DNA of 64,000 nucleotides from Candidatus Obscuribacteraceae bacterium (GTDB lineage: Bacteria; Cyanobacteriota; Vampirovibrionia; Obscuribacterales; Obscuribacteraceae). Shown in pieces: positions 28,575 to 37,657 of this stretch. How positions within the stretch are numbered: position 1 is the stretch's first letter; every line of letters starts with the position of its first letter. Made by a program: the position numbers and the translations under genes. The notes under the pieces were generated by a model. The model was not told the DNA's origin. It worked only from the letters and a program-made list of their open reading frames with translations, and made no database searches. Where the stretch lies: positions 160,001-224,000 of the forward strand of contig JBGASG010000003.1 in the NCBI GenBank assembly GCA_044229845.1, written 5' to 3'.

Positions 28575-29714
28575 ATGCGTTTATTAGTCACATTAATGGT
28601 CCTCCTGGTGCTGCAGCCGTTTGCAGTATCAGCCGTTTGCGCCGCCGGCAGCGACCAGCCGCCAGCAACGGCGATCATCAACAAGCGCATCGACGAGCTG
28701 GTGAAGGCAGCCGTCAACCGCAGCGGTATAGCAGGCTACAGCCTGGTCGTGCTCAAAGACGGCAAAGTCATCCATCAATCCGGTTATGGATTTGCAGATC
28801 AAGCAAAGCAAGTACCTGTGACACCCCAGACAGTTTTCGGTCTGGCTTCGGTGACAAAAACTTTCACTGCTCTGGCACTATTGTCGTTGGTGGAAAAGGG
28901 CAAACTGAGACTAGACGACCCGCTCAGTAAACATCTGACCGGTCTGCCGACCGCCTGGAAGAAACTGACGCTCAGACAACTGGCTTCGATGACGGCCGGC
29001 GTCCCCAACGACATACCGCGAGAGAAACCCTGGCCGGAAGAAATGGCAATCGTCCAGACCATGCCGCTTTTGTTCACACCCGGCTCCCGCTACGCCTACT
29101 CCAATCCCAGTTACCGAACCCTGGGAACAGTGATTGAACGGGTAACCGGCAAGCCTTATCTCCAGTACCTCAGAGAAACCGTGCTCAGTCCTCTCGCCAT
29201 GAAAAGCACAGGCACCCGCGAAGAGCTGGAAAAGCTGACGACGGTCAGTCAGCCGTTCGGGTTCAATCAGCGCACTGGAAACGCTGTATTGCTGAGATAT
29301 AAGCCAACCGAGATATCTTTTTCGTCGGGGATGCTCTTCTCGAACACCGCTGACATGTCCAAGTACGCACAGGCGCTCCTGGACCATAAGCTGTTCAGCG
29401 CCTCTTCTTATGACACTCTATTTGTCTCGCGTCCCCCATTGACGACGGGCGCACAGTCGAACTGGGCCTTCGGATGGGGAGTTGAGCGGAAGAAGTCTTA
29501 CGGAGGACGGCTAGTCTGCGGGATGAACGGCGGCAACCCTGGTGTAGCCAGCACCATCTTGCTTGTGCCCGAGGAAAAATTAGCAATCGTTGGTCTGAGC
29601 AATGTCTATTCGCCCGCCGCTTATCGCATCCCCCGCATGGTGGCACAGGCGGTGCTCAATCTAAAAACGAGCGGCGGAGCAGGAACAGGTGAAGCGCAAG
29701 AACTGTCGTTTTGA
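28575..29714 (+). CDS. Secreted serine hydrolase (beta-lactamase/CubicO family)
   Basis: ASVTK (SxxK), PGSRYAYSN (YxN), LRQLASMTAG; signal peptide. Confidence 0.93.
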   Translation: MRLLVTLMVLLVLQPFAVSAVCAAGSDQPPATAIINKRIDELVKAAVNRSGIAGYSLVVLKDGKVIHQSGYGFADQAKQVPVTPQTVFGLASVTKTFTALALLSLVEKGKLRLDDPLSKHLTGLPTAWKKLTLRQLASMTAGVPNDIPREKPWPEEMAIVQTMPLLFTPGSRYAYSNPSYRTLGTVIERVTGKPYLQYLRETVLSPLAMKSTGTREELEKLTTVSQPFGFNQRTGNAVLLRYKPTEISFSSGMLFSNTADMSKYAQALLDHKLFSASSYDTLFVSRPPLTTGAQSNWAFGWGVERKKSYGGRLVCGMNGGNPGVASTILLVPEEKLAIVGLSNVYSPAAYRIPRMVAQAVLNLKTSGGAGTGEAQELSF

Positions 29715-29787
29715 TCAGTATCCGGCGTACATAATAGATACCGAGAGCGGGAAGATCTCCAACAAGAGAGCCTGACGGAGCCACTGA

Positions 29788-30216
29788 ATGTTCATCTTCT
29801 GGACACACAACAACGACGTAAAGCGGCGCATGTTCGGCAAGAAGGTGCGGCGCTTTTGCACAAAATGCAATCACGAAGCTACGTTCCACGAATGCGATAT
29901 CAACAATAGCGTCAAGATCATGGGGGTCTTCGCTCTCTGGGATAAGCACGAGTCTGTCTTGCAGTGCGGAGATTGCCTTGCCCTGTTCAAGACTGACGAA
30001 CAGATTAATGACGACGACAGCGCGAAAAGCCCGGAACAACAAAATAAGCTGAAAGCTGAGGAGGAAAAGCGCAGGGTCGAGGAAGAACGAAAACGCGCAG
30101 AAGAACAAGCCCGAGAGGAAGCCGAAACGAAAGCCCGGCTCGCACAAGAGCACCGGATTCGGGAAGCGGCAGTAGATGCCGAGTTGGCAGAACTCAAGAA
30201 GAAAATGGGGAAATAG
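29788..30216 (+). CDS. Zinc-ribbon protein with C-terminal coiled coil
   Basis: CTKC and CGDC pairs; E/K/R-rich tail ending DAELAELKKKMGK. Confidence 0.75.
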   Translation: MFIFWTHNNDVKRRMFGKKVRRFCTKCNHEATFHECDINNSVKIMGVFALWDKHESVLQCGDCLALFKTDEQINDDDSAKSPEQQNKLKAEEEKRRVEEERKRAEEQAREEAETKARLAQEHRIREAAVDAELAELKKKMGK

Positions 30217-30271
30217 ACTGCTATATTGGCGCCATTCCCGCAGCTGGGGAATCAGAGAAACGGAGAGACCT

Positions 30272-31291
30272 ATGAGAAATTGGGCAATGGTGGGGTTGGT
30301 TGCGCTTTTGCTGGGCATGTTGCCCGTCCAGACAGCAAATGCCCAACAACCCGACAAGACAACGATTGTCGCCAAGGACGGACCGTTTTCCTCCACCTCC
30401 GCACGCCAGGTGCAGCGATTTAACAGTTCGGTCAATCTCACACCCGAACAGCTGGCCGGACCTCTGACACTCAAGTTCTACAACGGTTATTCCGGCAGCA
30501 ACCAGTTTGGATGGGTGCGCGTGTTTTTCAACCCCGGTCGCGGTTCCGCCCCGGTCACCGCTCAACCCAGCGGCCTCTTGATTATCGATGAGAATTCCTT
30601 CAAAAAGGGCGATATCGTAACTCTCGACGTTTCTGGTCGCATGGCTGCCCGCAACCTGTTCATGATTCAAGGCGCCGGCAACCAGGGTGCGCAGGTCTCC
30701 TACGAGATCATCAGTACGGAAGTGAAAGGCGTGAAAATTACGGGTGTCGATCCGATGGAAGTAGCGCCTGGCGGCGAGATCACCATCAAGGGTGCAGGAT
30801 TCGATCAAGTCTCCGGCAGCAACACGGTCAAGATCTACAACCGTCCGGTGACAGTCAGTAAAGCCAGCCCGACCAGCCTGGAAGTCACAGTTCCGAAAGG
30901 ACTGCAACCGAACAACTACACTGTTGACGTCACCGTCGGCGGTGTCAAGAGCAATGCGTTCCAGTTCAGAGTGACCGGCCCGCCGGAGCTGGGCGGTTGT
31001 TCGCAATACGGACTGGTGCCGGGTTCAACCGCACAAATCACAGGCCGAAATTTCGCCCCTCGCGCCGATCAAAACGTGGTCACAATTACAGCCGGCGATG
31101 TAAAAAAGAAAGCAGCGGTCACCAGCGTCACCAAAGACACTCTGACGTTCACAGTGCCCGACTTCCCGGAACTCGCCCAAAAGCTGAACCTGGGCGTTCC
31201 CACCCAGGCGAACATCTCAGTGGCAGCAAACGGCGTCGAATCCACATCACAACTCAGTATTGTGATTTCAATCCGTCCAATGTCCCAATAG
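30272..31291 (+). CDS. Secreted IPT/TIG-domain protein
   Basis: Signal peptide from ATG 30272 (GGAG SD); ITGVDP..PGGEITIKGAGF...LEVTVP and ITGRNF...LTFTVP. Confidence 0.82.
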   Translation: MRNWAMVGLVALLLGMLPVQTANAQQPDKTTIVAKDGPFSSTSARQVQRFNSSVNLTPEQLAGPLTLKFYNGYSGSNQFGWVRVFFNPGRGSAPVTAQPSGLLIIDENSFKKGDIVTLDVSGRMAARNLFMIQGAGNQGAQVSYEIISTEVKGVKITGVDPMEVAPGGEITIKGAGFDQVSGSNTVKIYNRPVTVSKASPTSLEVTVPKGLQPNNYTVDVTVGGVKSNAFQFRVTGPPELGGCSQYGLVPGSTAQITGRNFAPRADQNVVTITAGDVKKKAAVTSVTKDTLTFTVPDFPELAQKLNLGVPTQANISVAANGVESTSQLSIVISIRPMSQ

Positions 31292-31374
31292 CACCCCTTA
31301 TTAATAATCGCACCAGGTTGTATGATCTGGTTCTCTTATAGTGCTTTGACATGGCTTGGCAGGAGTAATCGATC

Positions 31375-32109
31375 ATGCTATTGCGTCGTCTGACTGCGGA
31401 ATTTCTGGGAACCGCCGGATTATTGTGCACCGTCGTCGGCTCAGGTGCACTCATGCACAAGCTTGATGCCGGCAATGTCGCAGTTACCGTTTTCGGTGTC
31501 GCCGCAGCCACCGGGCTGGTTCTCTACGCCCTGATAGAAATGTTGGGAACGCTTTCCGCGCACTTCAATCCGGTCGTAACGCTGGTTAACGCTCTGCAGA
31601 GAAACATCAAATGGAGTGCCGTGATTCCATATTTCACGGCACAGATCTTTGGGGCCATCACCGGTGTGGTGTTAGCCAACCTCATGTTTGAACAGGCTCC
31701 GATTTCCATCTCTGAAACCGCCCGCACAGGGACAGGACAATGGCTGGGCGAGATTATCGCCACATTCGGGTTGATCGGCGTAATCACAGGGTGCTCACGT
31801 TTCAAACCGGCGGTGGTACCACAGGCGGTGAGCGCCTATGTCGCCGGCGCCATTATGTTCACGTCATCGACGTGCTTCGCCAATCCGGCGGTGACAATTT
31901 CCAGAGTGTTCACCACTACCATCACGGGTATTCGCCCGGCGGATGTGCCGGTCTTCATTGTCTGCGAGGTAGTCACCGGCATTCTCGCTATGTTCGTCTT
32001 TGGCTGGCTCTGTCGGGAGGAAACATCGAAGACGAACGCTCCGGACATCGATATACCGGTGCGCCCCGCTGTTTCCACTCCGGAGAAAGAACTGGTTGCG
32101 ACTCGCTGA
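31375..32109 (+). CDS. MIP/aquaporin family channel (AqpS-like subtype)
   Basis: AEFLGT, SAHFNPVVT, GEIIATFGL and FTSSTCFANPAVT motifs; AGGAG SD. Confidence 0.9.
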   Translation: MLLRRLTAEFLGTAGLLCTVVGSGALMHKLDAGNVAVTVFGVAAATGLVLYALIEMLGTLSAHFNPVVTLVNALQRNIKWSAVIPYFTAQIFGAITGVVLANLMFEQAPISISETARTGTGQWLGEIIATFGLIGVITGCSRFKPAVVPQAVSAYVAGAIMFTSSTCFANPAVTISRVFTTTITGIRPADVPVFIVCEVVTGILAMFVFGWLCREETSKTNAPDIDIPVRPAVSTPEKELVATR

Positions 32110-32123
32110 CCTCACAATCTCAA

Positions 32124-32915
32124 ATGAAGCTTCGCGACGCAGTAATTCAAACAGAACGTTTTTTTGAGCGCATGCTCGGCACCTATGAAAAGGGACCGAC
32201 CAGCACTACAGATCCCGACTTGCTGACACTGTCGGAAAAGTACAAGCTGCAAATCATCACCGACTACTCAGCCGACGAGCAGACCTTTTCTTTTTCCGCG
32301 CTCGACAAAGCACAACGGAAAAACGCTCGCGATTTGCTGGAGACAGAACTTGATCTGTACACTCCGCAAGCAATCCACGACAGCAGATTGGAACGCATCG
32401 TTCTGTGTTCCGACTTGAAGGGCGGTGAAGACACCGTCTCAGGGCTTGCCGACATGGGCTTTTTGATTGTCGACACGATTTTCATCAACATCGACCGCGT
32501 CAAGAAATTCTGGGAGCACGCGCAGCGCACCGTTCATCACGAACTCTTTCACTGCATGGACTTTTTCGATGACGGACTGATTGATTTCGAGTGGAGAAAA
32601 CTCAACCAGCCCGGTTTCACCTACTGGCACCTGAACAATCTCACGGTCAAAGAAACGCACAAGGGTGGGTTTCTTCAAGACTATTGCATGAAGTCGGAGT
32701 GGGAAGATAAAGCGGTTGTCTATAGCTATCTGATCGTCAATCATGCCGAAGTTCTGCGCCGCTGCGAGAAGGACAAAATTCTGGCTGAGAAAGTAGAACG
32801 CATGAAGGAGATCGTACTAAAGATTTCACCGGAGTTCGACGATCAGTTCTGGGAGCGCATCAATCAGCGCTCACTGAAACACTCGCGCGAGTTCAGCATT
32901 CCAGGACACGTGTAA
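32124..32915 (+). CDS. Hypothetical zinc-binding metallopeptidase-like protein
   Basis: VHHELFHCMD (HExxH) and GF..Y...SEWEDKA; start reassigned to ATG 32124. Confidence 0.72.
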   Translation: MKLRDAVIQTERFFERMLGTYEKGPTSTTDPDLLTLSEKYKLQIITDYSADEQTFSFSALDKAQRKNARDLLETELDLYTPQAIHDSRLERIVLCSDLKGGEDTVSGLADMGFLIVDTIFINIDRVKKFWEHAQRTVHHELFHCMDFFDDGLIDFEWRKLNQPGFTYWHLNNLTVKETHKGGFLQDYCMKSEWEDKAVVYSYLIVNHAEVLRRCEKDKILAEKVERMKEIVLKISPEFDDQFWERINQRSLKHSREFSIPGHV

Positions 32916-32932
32916 ATCAGACAACGGTCTGA

Positions 32933-34675
32933 TTACTTGGCCGGTGGCGGCGTAAAGAAAGGCGGGTTGGAGGTCGGCTCGGGTTTCTTCTTCACCTTGG
33001 AGCTGTTGCTGAGCGGCGGAGGAGTAAACATCGGTGGTGCTACATCCGGTGTCACCGATTTTTTCTTTTCCGGTGCCCCAATCGGTGGTGGCGTGAACAT
33101 CGGAGGCGTCAGCTTTTCATCATCGGTAATGGGCGGCGGCATAAACATGGGTGGTGCCAGTTTTGACGTGTCAGGGGGCTCCGGTGGAATGAAAGAGGGC
33201 GGTGGCAAATAGACGGGCGGTGCGGTGCTCGTCGATTTGGGCGTAAACTGCAAGGACGGGTACTGCGCATAGAGATGAGCCATGGTGGCTTTATCCCGAT
33301 TGCTCAATCCTTTCTGCCTCAAATCAGAACGGAAGTACATTACGTCTTTAATCAGCTTCGAGTGTCCAAGACCGAGTGCATGTCCGAACTCGTGCAAGAC
33401 AGTGTGTGCGCATTCACCTTCTTTCTCCGCTTCGTCGGGATGGAACGGATCGACAGTGCTGATCTGCACTTTGGCGTGACTGAGAGCACCCGTTTCACTG
33501 CACTCGCATGACGTCAGTCCGCAAACCAGAGTGTTGGCGTGCGAACTGCCGGCTTCCAATGGTGACGCGGTCCAGATCACTTCGATGTCCGCCTTACTTC
33601 TGTCAGAGACTATTTTGTAGTCCAGCTTGCTGCCCGAACCCGAACACCATGAATCGAGCGCCTGCTTAACCAGATTGGGATAAGAACTCTGGTAGCCTCG
33701 GACACCGGTGCCTGGCAGGATGGCGACTTTGATCGGCAACTTTTTACGAGGCCAGCGATTGGGTGATTCGTTGCCTCGCATGACCGCCAGATAATCGGGC
33801 GTTAGATTGTTGGGGTTGTTGAACTGCTTGCGATCATCAAGAAAGCCTTGCTTGCTCTCCAAAAGTAATTGACGCCGCGATAAATCGGTTTCGCCGGCGG
33901 CGCTGCGATCTATCCACATAATGGCGTCGTCGAATTTGCAGGCATCGGCATACGCCACCGCCAGACTGTGCATCGTTTGATAGTCATCCGGTTCAGACTT
34001 GAGAGCCAGCTTGCCCTCGGCTATTGCCTGTTCTGGCGCCCCTGCGTAATGGAGCACGTAACACAAGCTGGAGTGAATTGCGCCGGTGTAGGGAGTGGGA
34101 TCGTAGGTGGCTGCCTTTTCCAGAAACTTGCGTGCTTGCACATAGTTATCTTTATCGACGGCAGCCTCGCTCTTTTTCAAATAGCTGAAGGCCACCACTT
34201 CGCGTACGAGTTTTTGTGCATCACTCCTGTCATGCGGATTAGTGGTGGCACCGATGTACTTATTTAAATACTCAACAGCAGCATCGTACTTTTTGTTTCG
34301 GTAATACAACAACCCAATGTTGTAGAGCGTCTCAGTTCTGGACGGGTCGAACGACATCGTCCTTTTCAGTTCGGCTACCGCCGCATCTACGTTTTTCATT
34401 TGCTCGTAACAGTCTGCAAGCTGTTTGTGAATCGTCACCGAATAGGAGGTGGGATCGAAAGCTGCCGCGCGCACTAAAACGTCTTTAGCCTGTGAGTACT
34501 TGCCAGCCGAGATCAACTGGTCGGCTTTCAGGCACTCTTGATAAACTGCCGATTCTATTTGAAAACTCTTGATCAAGTTGCGTCCGAACGATGGCGCAAA
34601 GCTGCCGCCTGTGACAAGAAACGCCATAAGCATCGCGACCAAGATGCGGTTTTGCTGGCTTCGGTGCTTTTTCAC
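32933..34675 (-). CDS. Secreted TPR-repeat + matrixin metalloprotease with Pro-rich tail
   Basis: Signal-like N-terminus, TPRs, RWP...PIKV and HEFGHALGLGHS...DVM. Confidence 0.88.
   Translation of the reverse strand: MKKHRSQQNRILVAMLMAFLVTGGSFAPSFGRNLIKSFQIESAVYQECLKADQLISAGKYSQAKDVLVRAAAFDPTSYSVTIHKQLADCYEQMKNVDAAVAELKRTMSFDPSRTETLYNIGLLYYRNKKYDAAVEYLNKYIGATTNPHDRSDAQKLVREVVAFSYLKKSEAAVDKDNYVQARKFLEKAATYDPTPYTGAIHSSLCYVLHYAGAPEQAIAEGKLALKSEPDDYQTMHSLAVAYADACKFDDAIMWIDRSAAGETDLSRRQLLLESKQGFLDDRKQFNNPNNLTPDYLAVMRGNESPNRWPRKKLPIKVAILPGTGVRGYQSSYPNLVKQALDSWCSGSGSKLDYKIVSDRSKADIEVIWTASPLEAGSSHANTLVCGLTSCECSETGALSHAKVQISTVDPFHPDEAEKEGECAHTVLHEFGHALGLGHSKLIKDVMYFRSDLRQKGLSNRDKATMAHLYAQYPSLQFTPKSTSTAPPVYLPPPSFIPPEPPDTSKLAPPMFMPPPITDDEKLTPPMFTPPPIGAPEKKKSVTPDVAPPMFTPPPLSNSSKVKKKPEPTSNPPFFTPPPAK
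32936..33230 (-). repeat. About 6 copies of the peptide repeat PPx(F/Y)xPPP
   Basis: PPVYLPPP, PSFIPP, PPMFMPPP, PPMFTPPP x2 and PPFFTPPP. Confidence 0.85.
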
Positions 34676-34735
34676 GACGTGTCTCTAGTAAAATCGGACG
34701 TATCACATTATGGCGCATTTGCCGAGGAAGCACTC

Positions 34736-35404
34736 GTGGCACAAAAGGGCGAAGAGATCAAAGGTGGAACCATAGTCAGGGCGTTCATCGATCTGATTAT
34801 TGTGGGATTGCTGCTGTGCGGTGCCGGATTTGGGGGCTACTGGTACGGGATGCATGAACGCCTGGCGCCTGTGCATGACGTGCCACCGGGAACGGCCGCG
34901 GCGTTGCCGCCCAGTGTGGTCACTCCAGCATCAGGCACAGCTACGGCAACCGGCACGAGCACCGGACCAAGTACCGGCACCAGCACAACCACCGGGGCAT
35001 CGACGGCACATACTCCACCGACCAACATGTCCGGATCGGCAAAGAAAGGTAAGCGCAAATACTGGGTAGTTTCTTCAGGAATCGACTACACCGGTTTTCA
35101 AATCGTTGTGAACGTAAACGGCAACCCGGTAGACAGCTTTTTCGGTCCCGGCAAAAGCGTCGATGTGACTCGCTTTGTCAAACCGGGACAGGAAAATGAA
35201 GTGACGTTCGAAGAGAAGGCGATGGGAGAGAAATACAACAAGCATCCGGGAGATGAATCGGCAGAACTCAAGGTGCGCCTCGTTCATGGACCGCAGATAA
35301 CCGAGGATTTCAAACCTGAAGACGTGCTGATTACTGTCACGCGCAACGCGGCCGAAAGCGAAAGCATGGATGAGACCAAACAATTTGAGGCGGCTGCGGA
35401 ATGA
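34736..35404 (+). CDS. Hypothetical membrane-anchored protein with Thr/Gly linker and beta-rich C-terminal domain
   Basis: GTG 34736 with GAGGA SD; TM LIIVGLLLCGAGFGGYWYG. Confidence 0.72.
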   Translation: MAQKGEEIKGGTIVRAFIDLIIVGLLLCGAGFGGYWYGMHERLAPVHDVPPGTAAALPPSVVTPASGTATATGTSTGPSTGTSTTTGASTAHTPPTNMSGSAKKGKRKYWVVSSGIDYTGFQIVVNVNGNPVDSFFGPGKSVDVTRFVKPGQENEVTFEEKAMGEKYNKHPGDESAELKVRLVHGPQITEDFKPEDVLITVTRNAAESESMDETKQFEAAAE

Positions 35405-35838
35405 AAGCCGGCGGCATCATGGTTTCGATGATTCTGATCGCGGACGCGTTTTTCGTCGGCTACTTTTTGGGGTTTCATTCGCGTAGTGTTGACGTGATCG
35501 ATCCCAACATGAAGCCAGCACCGCCACCTGCAGTAATCAAACCGGCGGCGCCGACAGTACCGGCTAAACCGGGGGCCGCGACGCCGGCTAAACCAGGAAC
35601 CGCAACGCCGGCTGCCGATCCGGGTAAACCAGGAGCCGCCACACCGGCTAAGTCGGCGGGCACAAACTCCAAGTCGAAGGGCTCCAGCACAAAGTCCGGC
35701 AAAGCAACGGCTGCTAAGGCAACCAAAACCACGGGAACCAAGGGAACGAAGACTACCGACAAGAATCCAAAAGGCAAGAAAGGCGACTCCCCAAAGTCGC
35801 CTTCCAAGTCGGTCCCGGCTAAAAACCATCAGACTTAG
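35401..35838 (+). CDS. Membrane-anchored Pro/Ala/Lys-rich low-complexity protein
   Basis: ATGA overlap with the preceding gene; TM followed by PAKPGAAT repeats and a Lys-rich tail. Confidence 0.65.
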   Translation: MKAGGIMVSMILIADAFFVGYFLGFHSRSVDVIDPNMKPAPPPAVIKPAAPTVPAKPGAATPAKPGTATPAADPGKPGAATPAKSAGTNSKSKGSSTKSGKATAAKATKTTGTKGTKTTDKNPKGKKGDSPKSPSKSVPAKNHQT

Positions 35839-36956
35839 ATTGGTCCGGCGGGCGGCACACCAAATTCCTGCTCAAGCGATTGCACTCCGAATGTGCCGGC
35901 GATGCCTCCCAAGATGACCAACGGAATCTTGTAGCGGGCTGGGAACGCCTGGCAAATCTTGCCAGCTGCGGCGGAGCCGCCTTCGTATCCGAACCAGTTG
36001 ATTCCTGTTTGAGCCAGCCGCTCGTGCCCCTGCTCCAGTCCTCTGTTATAAGCCCCGAATACGTCTGTGACAGTGACCGCGACCCCCAGCAATCCCAGCT
36101 TGCCAGCCATTCTTTGCCATTTGCCGGACGGAAGCAAGTGCGTCGATTCGACGGCGCATGTGCCGCCATCTGCGGTGCGCCTCACCTGGTCGCGGAAATC
36201 CAAAAGCACCACGTCGACGGCCGGGTCTTCCGCAAACAGCGGGTCGCATGGCAGTCTATGGATGTTGTCGCCCGTGCCCTTGTTGATATCAAAGGGCAGC
36301 AGCTTTCCACTGGGTGAAACCAGCGGTGCTGGGTAATGCGTGAACAAATGCCTGTTCACTGCACTCGCTGCTTGCGAGCGCGATAGGGAATCCCAACTCG
36401 GATAATAGTGCGTATCGAACACATTGCCCCCCAGATCGTTGATGCGCAGCGCCATCGTACGCGCACTGGTCTCCGCCTGCTGGACACCGAGGCACTGAGA
36501 AACAAAGGCTTCCGACATGTAAGCGCGCGCTTCAGACAGCAAGGCACGCTTTGCCATAATCGGTTCCGCTCGGTGACCGGGCGGCAAATCATACAGAATG
36601 ATTCCGTCGTGGTGCCCGACTTCATGAGCAAGCCATGCGGCTGCCACTTTGGTAGGATTCTCAATGGGTGCACCGACAGCATGTGACAGCTGTTCTGCCG
36701 GGTTGTGCCAGAAGGTGACCATCTTCGCATCAGCGTGATAGGCCACGTCAGAAACGTTTTTGACAGACTCGAAAATCCAGCCGTCCTTTTGCATGTCGGA
36801 CAGGCGTTGGACTAGCTGTTTACCGGTCGAGCCGCACCGCGAGAGCAGCTCACACTGCGCCTCTAACGGATTGCCCCAGGATGCAGTGGCCGCCCACATC
36901 GCGCTGCGAATAGCTAAACCATCTGTGGTGGCATGAAAAGTTTCTTGTGTGTCCAT
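35835..36956 (-). CDS. Hypothetical gluzincin-motif protein with Gly-rich hydrophobic C-terminus
   Basis: LAHEVGHH...LLSEARAY; GAGGA SD. Confidence 0.65.
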   Translation of the reverse strand: MDTQETFHATTDGLAIRSAMWAATASWGNPLEAQCELLSRCGSTGKQLVQRLSDMQKDGWIFESVKNVSDVAYHADAKMVTFWHNPAEQLSHAVGAPIENPTKVAAAWLAHEVGHHDGIILYDLPPGHRAEPIMAKRALLSEARAYMSEAFVSQCLGVQQAETSARTMALRINDLGGNVFDTHYYPSWDSLSRSQAASAVNRHLFTHYPAPLVSPSGKLLPFDINKGTGDNIHRLPCDPLFAEDPAVDVVLLDFRDQVRRTADGGTCAVESTHLLPSGKWQRMAGKLGLLGVAVTVTDVFGAYNRGLEQGHERLAQTGINWFGYEGGSAAAGKICQAFPARYKIPLVILGGIAGTFGVQSLEQEFGVPPAGPI

Positions 36957-37000
36957 TGATGCATTGTCCTCTGCGAGTGAGCAGCATCGTAGGCACCAGA

Positions 37001-37442
37001 TGTGGAGTCAGCGTGGAGAGAGTGTGGAGAAAGTTGGACCTGGCAGCGGAAAGTACGTGTCTGCAAAATGGTGCGCAAAACCAAGCGCACCGCATGCGTC
37101 CGGGCGTCATCCGGAAGCAGAGGCGGTGCGAGCGAGGTCCCTTGGGGTAGCTGATGATCTTTAGCCGATCACGTTGCTAGGGATCTTCAACTTATCAAGC
37201 ATGTGTGTACTCGTTGCGGATAAAGTGTGGAGAAAGTGTGACCGCGCATTAAATGCCGGCCGGCAGAAGGAGAGAGGCTAGCCACACGTAGCTGCCTCCC
37301 GCCCTCGCCTACCGCTAGCGGATCAGCTGGTGAGCGGAGCCCCTAGCACGCTACAGCCATACTCCACTCACTTCGCTGATTTCCAGCAGCGTAACGCGCT
37401 CGTGTGGAGAAAGAGTGGAGGGAATGTAAGGAGTGTAAGGAC
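37001..37442. repeat. Three co-oriented arrays of DnaA-box-like 9-mers at 11-bp period
   Basis: TGTGGAGAA at 37023, 37226 and 37403; TGCGGATAA at 37215; degenerate copies at 37001, 37012, 37045, 37204, 37237, 37414 and 37425. Confidence 0.65.
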
Positions 37443-37523
37443 CTCCAACAAAAGCCTCATGGCCACTGAAGAATCGCACGCGTCACCAGGAGGCAACTAT
37501 GTCTACTGAGCTTGAATAGTAAA

Positions 37524-37600
37524 TGGGGCAGATGACGGGACTTGAACCCGCGAGTACCGGAACCACAATCCGGGGCCTTAACCGCTTGGCGACACCTGCC
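37524..37600 (-). tRNA. tRNA-His (GUG) with G-1 and encoded CCA
   Basis: GGCAGGTG TC GCC AAGCGGTTAA GGC C CCGGA TTGTGGT TCCGG TACTC GCGGG TTCAAGT CCCGT CATCTGCC CCA folds into a complete cloverleaf. Confidence 0.97.
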
Positions 37601-37619
37601 GTACTTGGGACGATTAGAG

Positions 37620-37628
37620 ATTCTAGCA
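37620..37628 (-). promoter_or_regulatory. Extended -10 element (TGcTAGAAT), candidate tRNA-His promoter
   Basis: About 20 nt upstream of the tRNA 5' end on the minus strand. Confidence 0.5.
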
Positions 37629-37657
37629 TAACCCGGATGACTGACCAGGCTGGGTTC

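Noticed and set aside
31305..31335. ArsR operator upstream of the aquaporin
   Set aside because: Only a weak imperfect inverted repeat, and no adjacent arsR.
36957..37523. CRISPR array or MraZ boxes as the explanation of the GTGGAG repeats
   Set aside because: Repeats are 9-11 bp with no regular unique spacers and no cas genes. Known MraZ boxes have a 10-bp period and precede mraZ/dcw, whereas here the period is 11 and mraZ is absent (not fully excluded).
37524..37600. tRNA-His as the attachment site of an integrated element
   Set aside because: No integrase, and I found no duplicated tRNA 3' end in the window; GGGGCAG near 24323 is too short.
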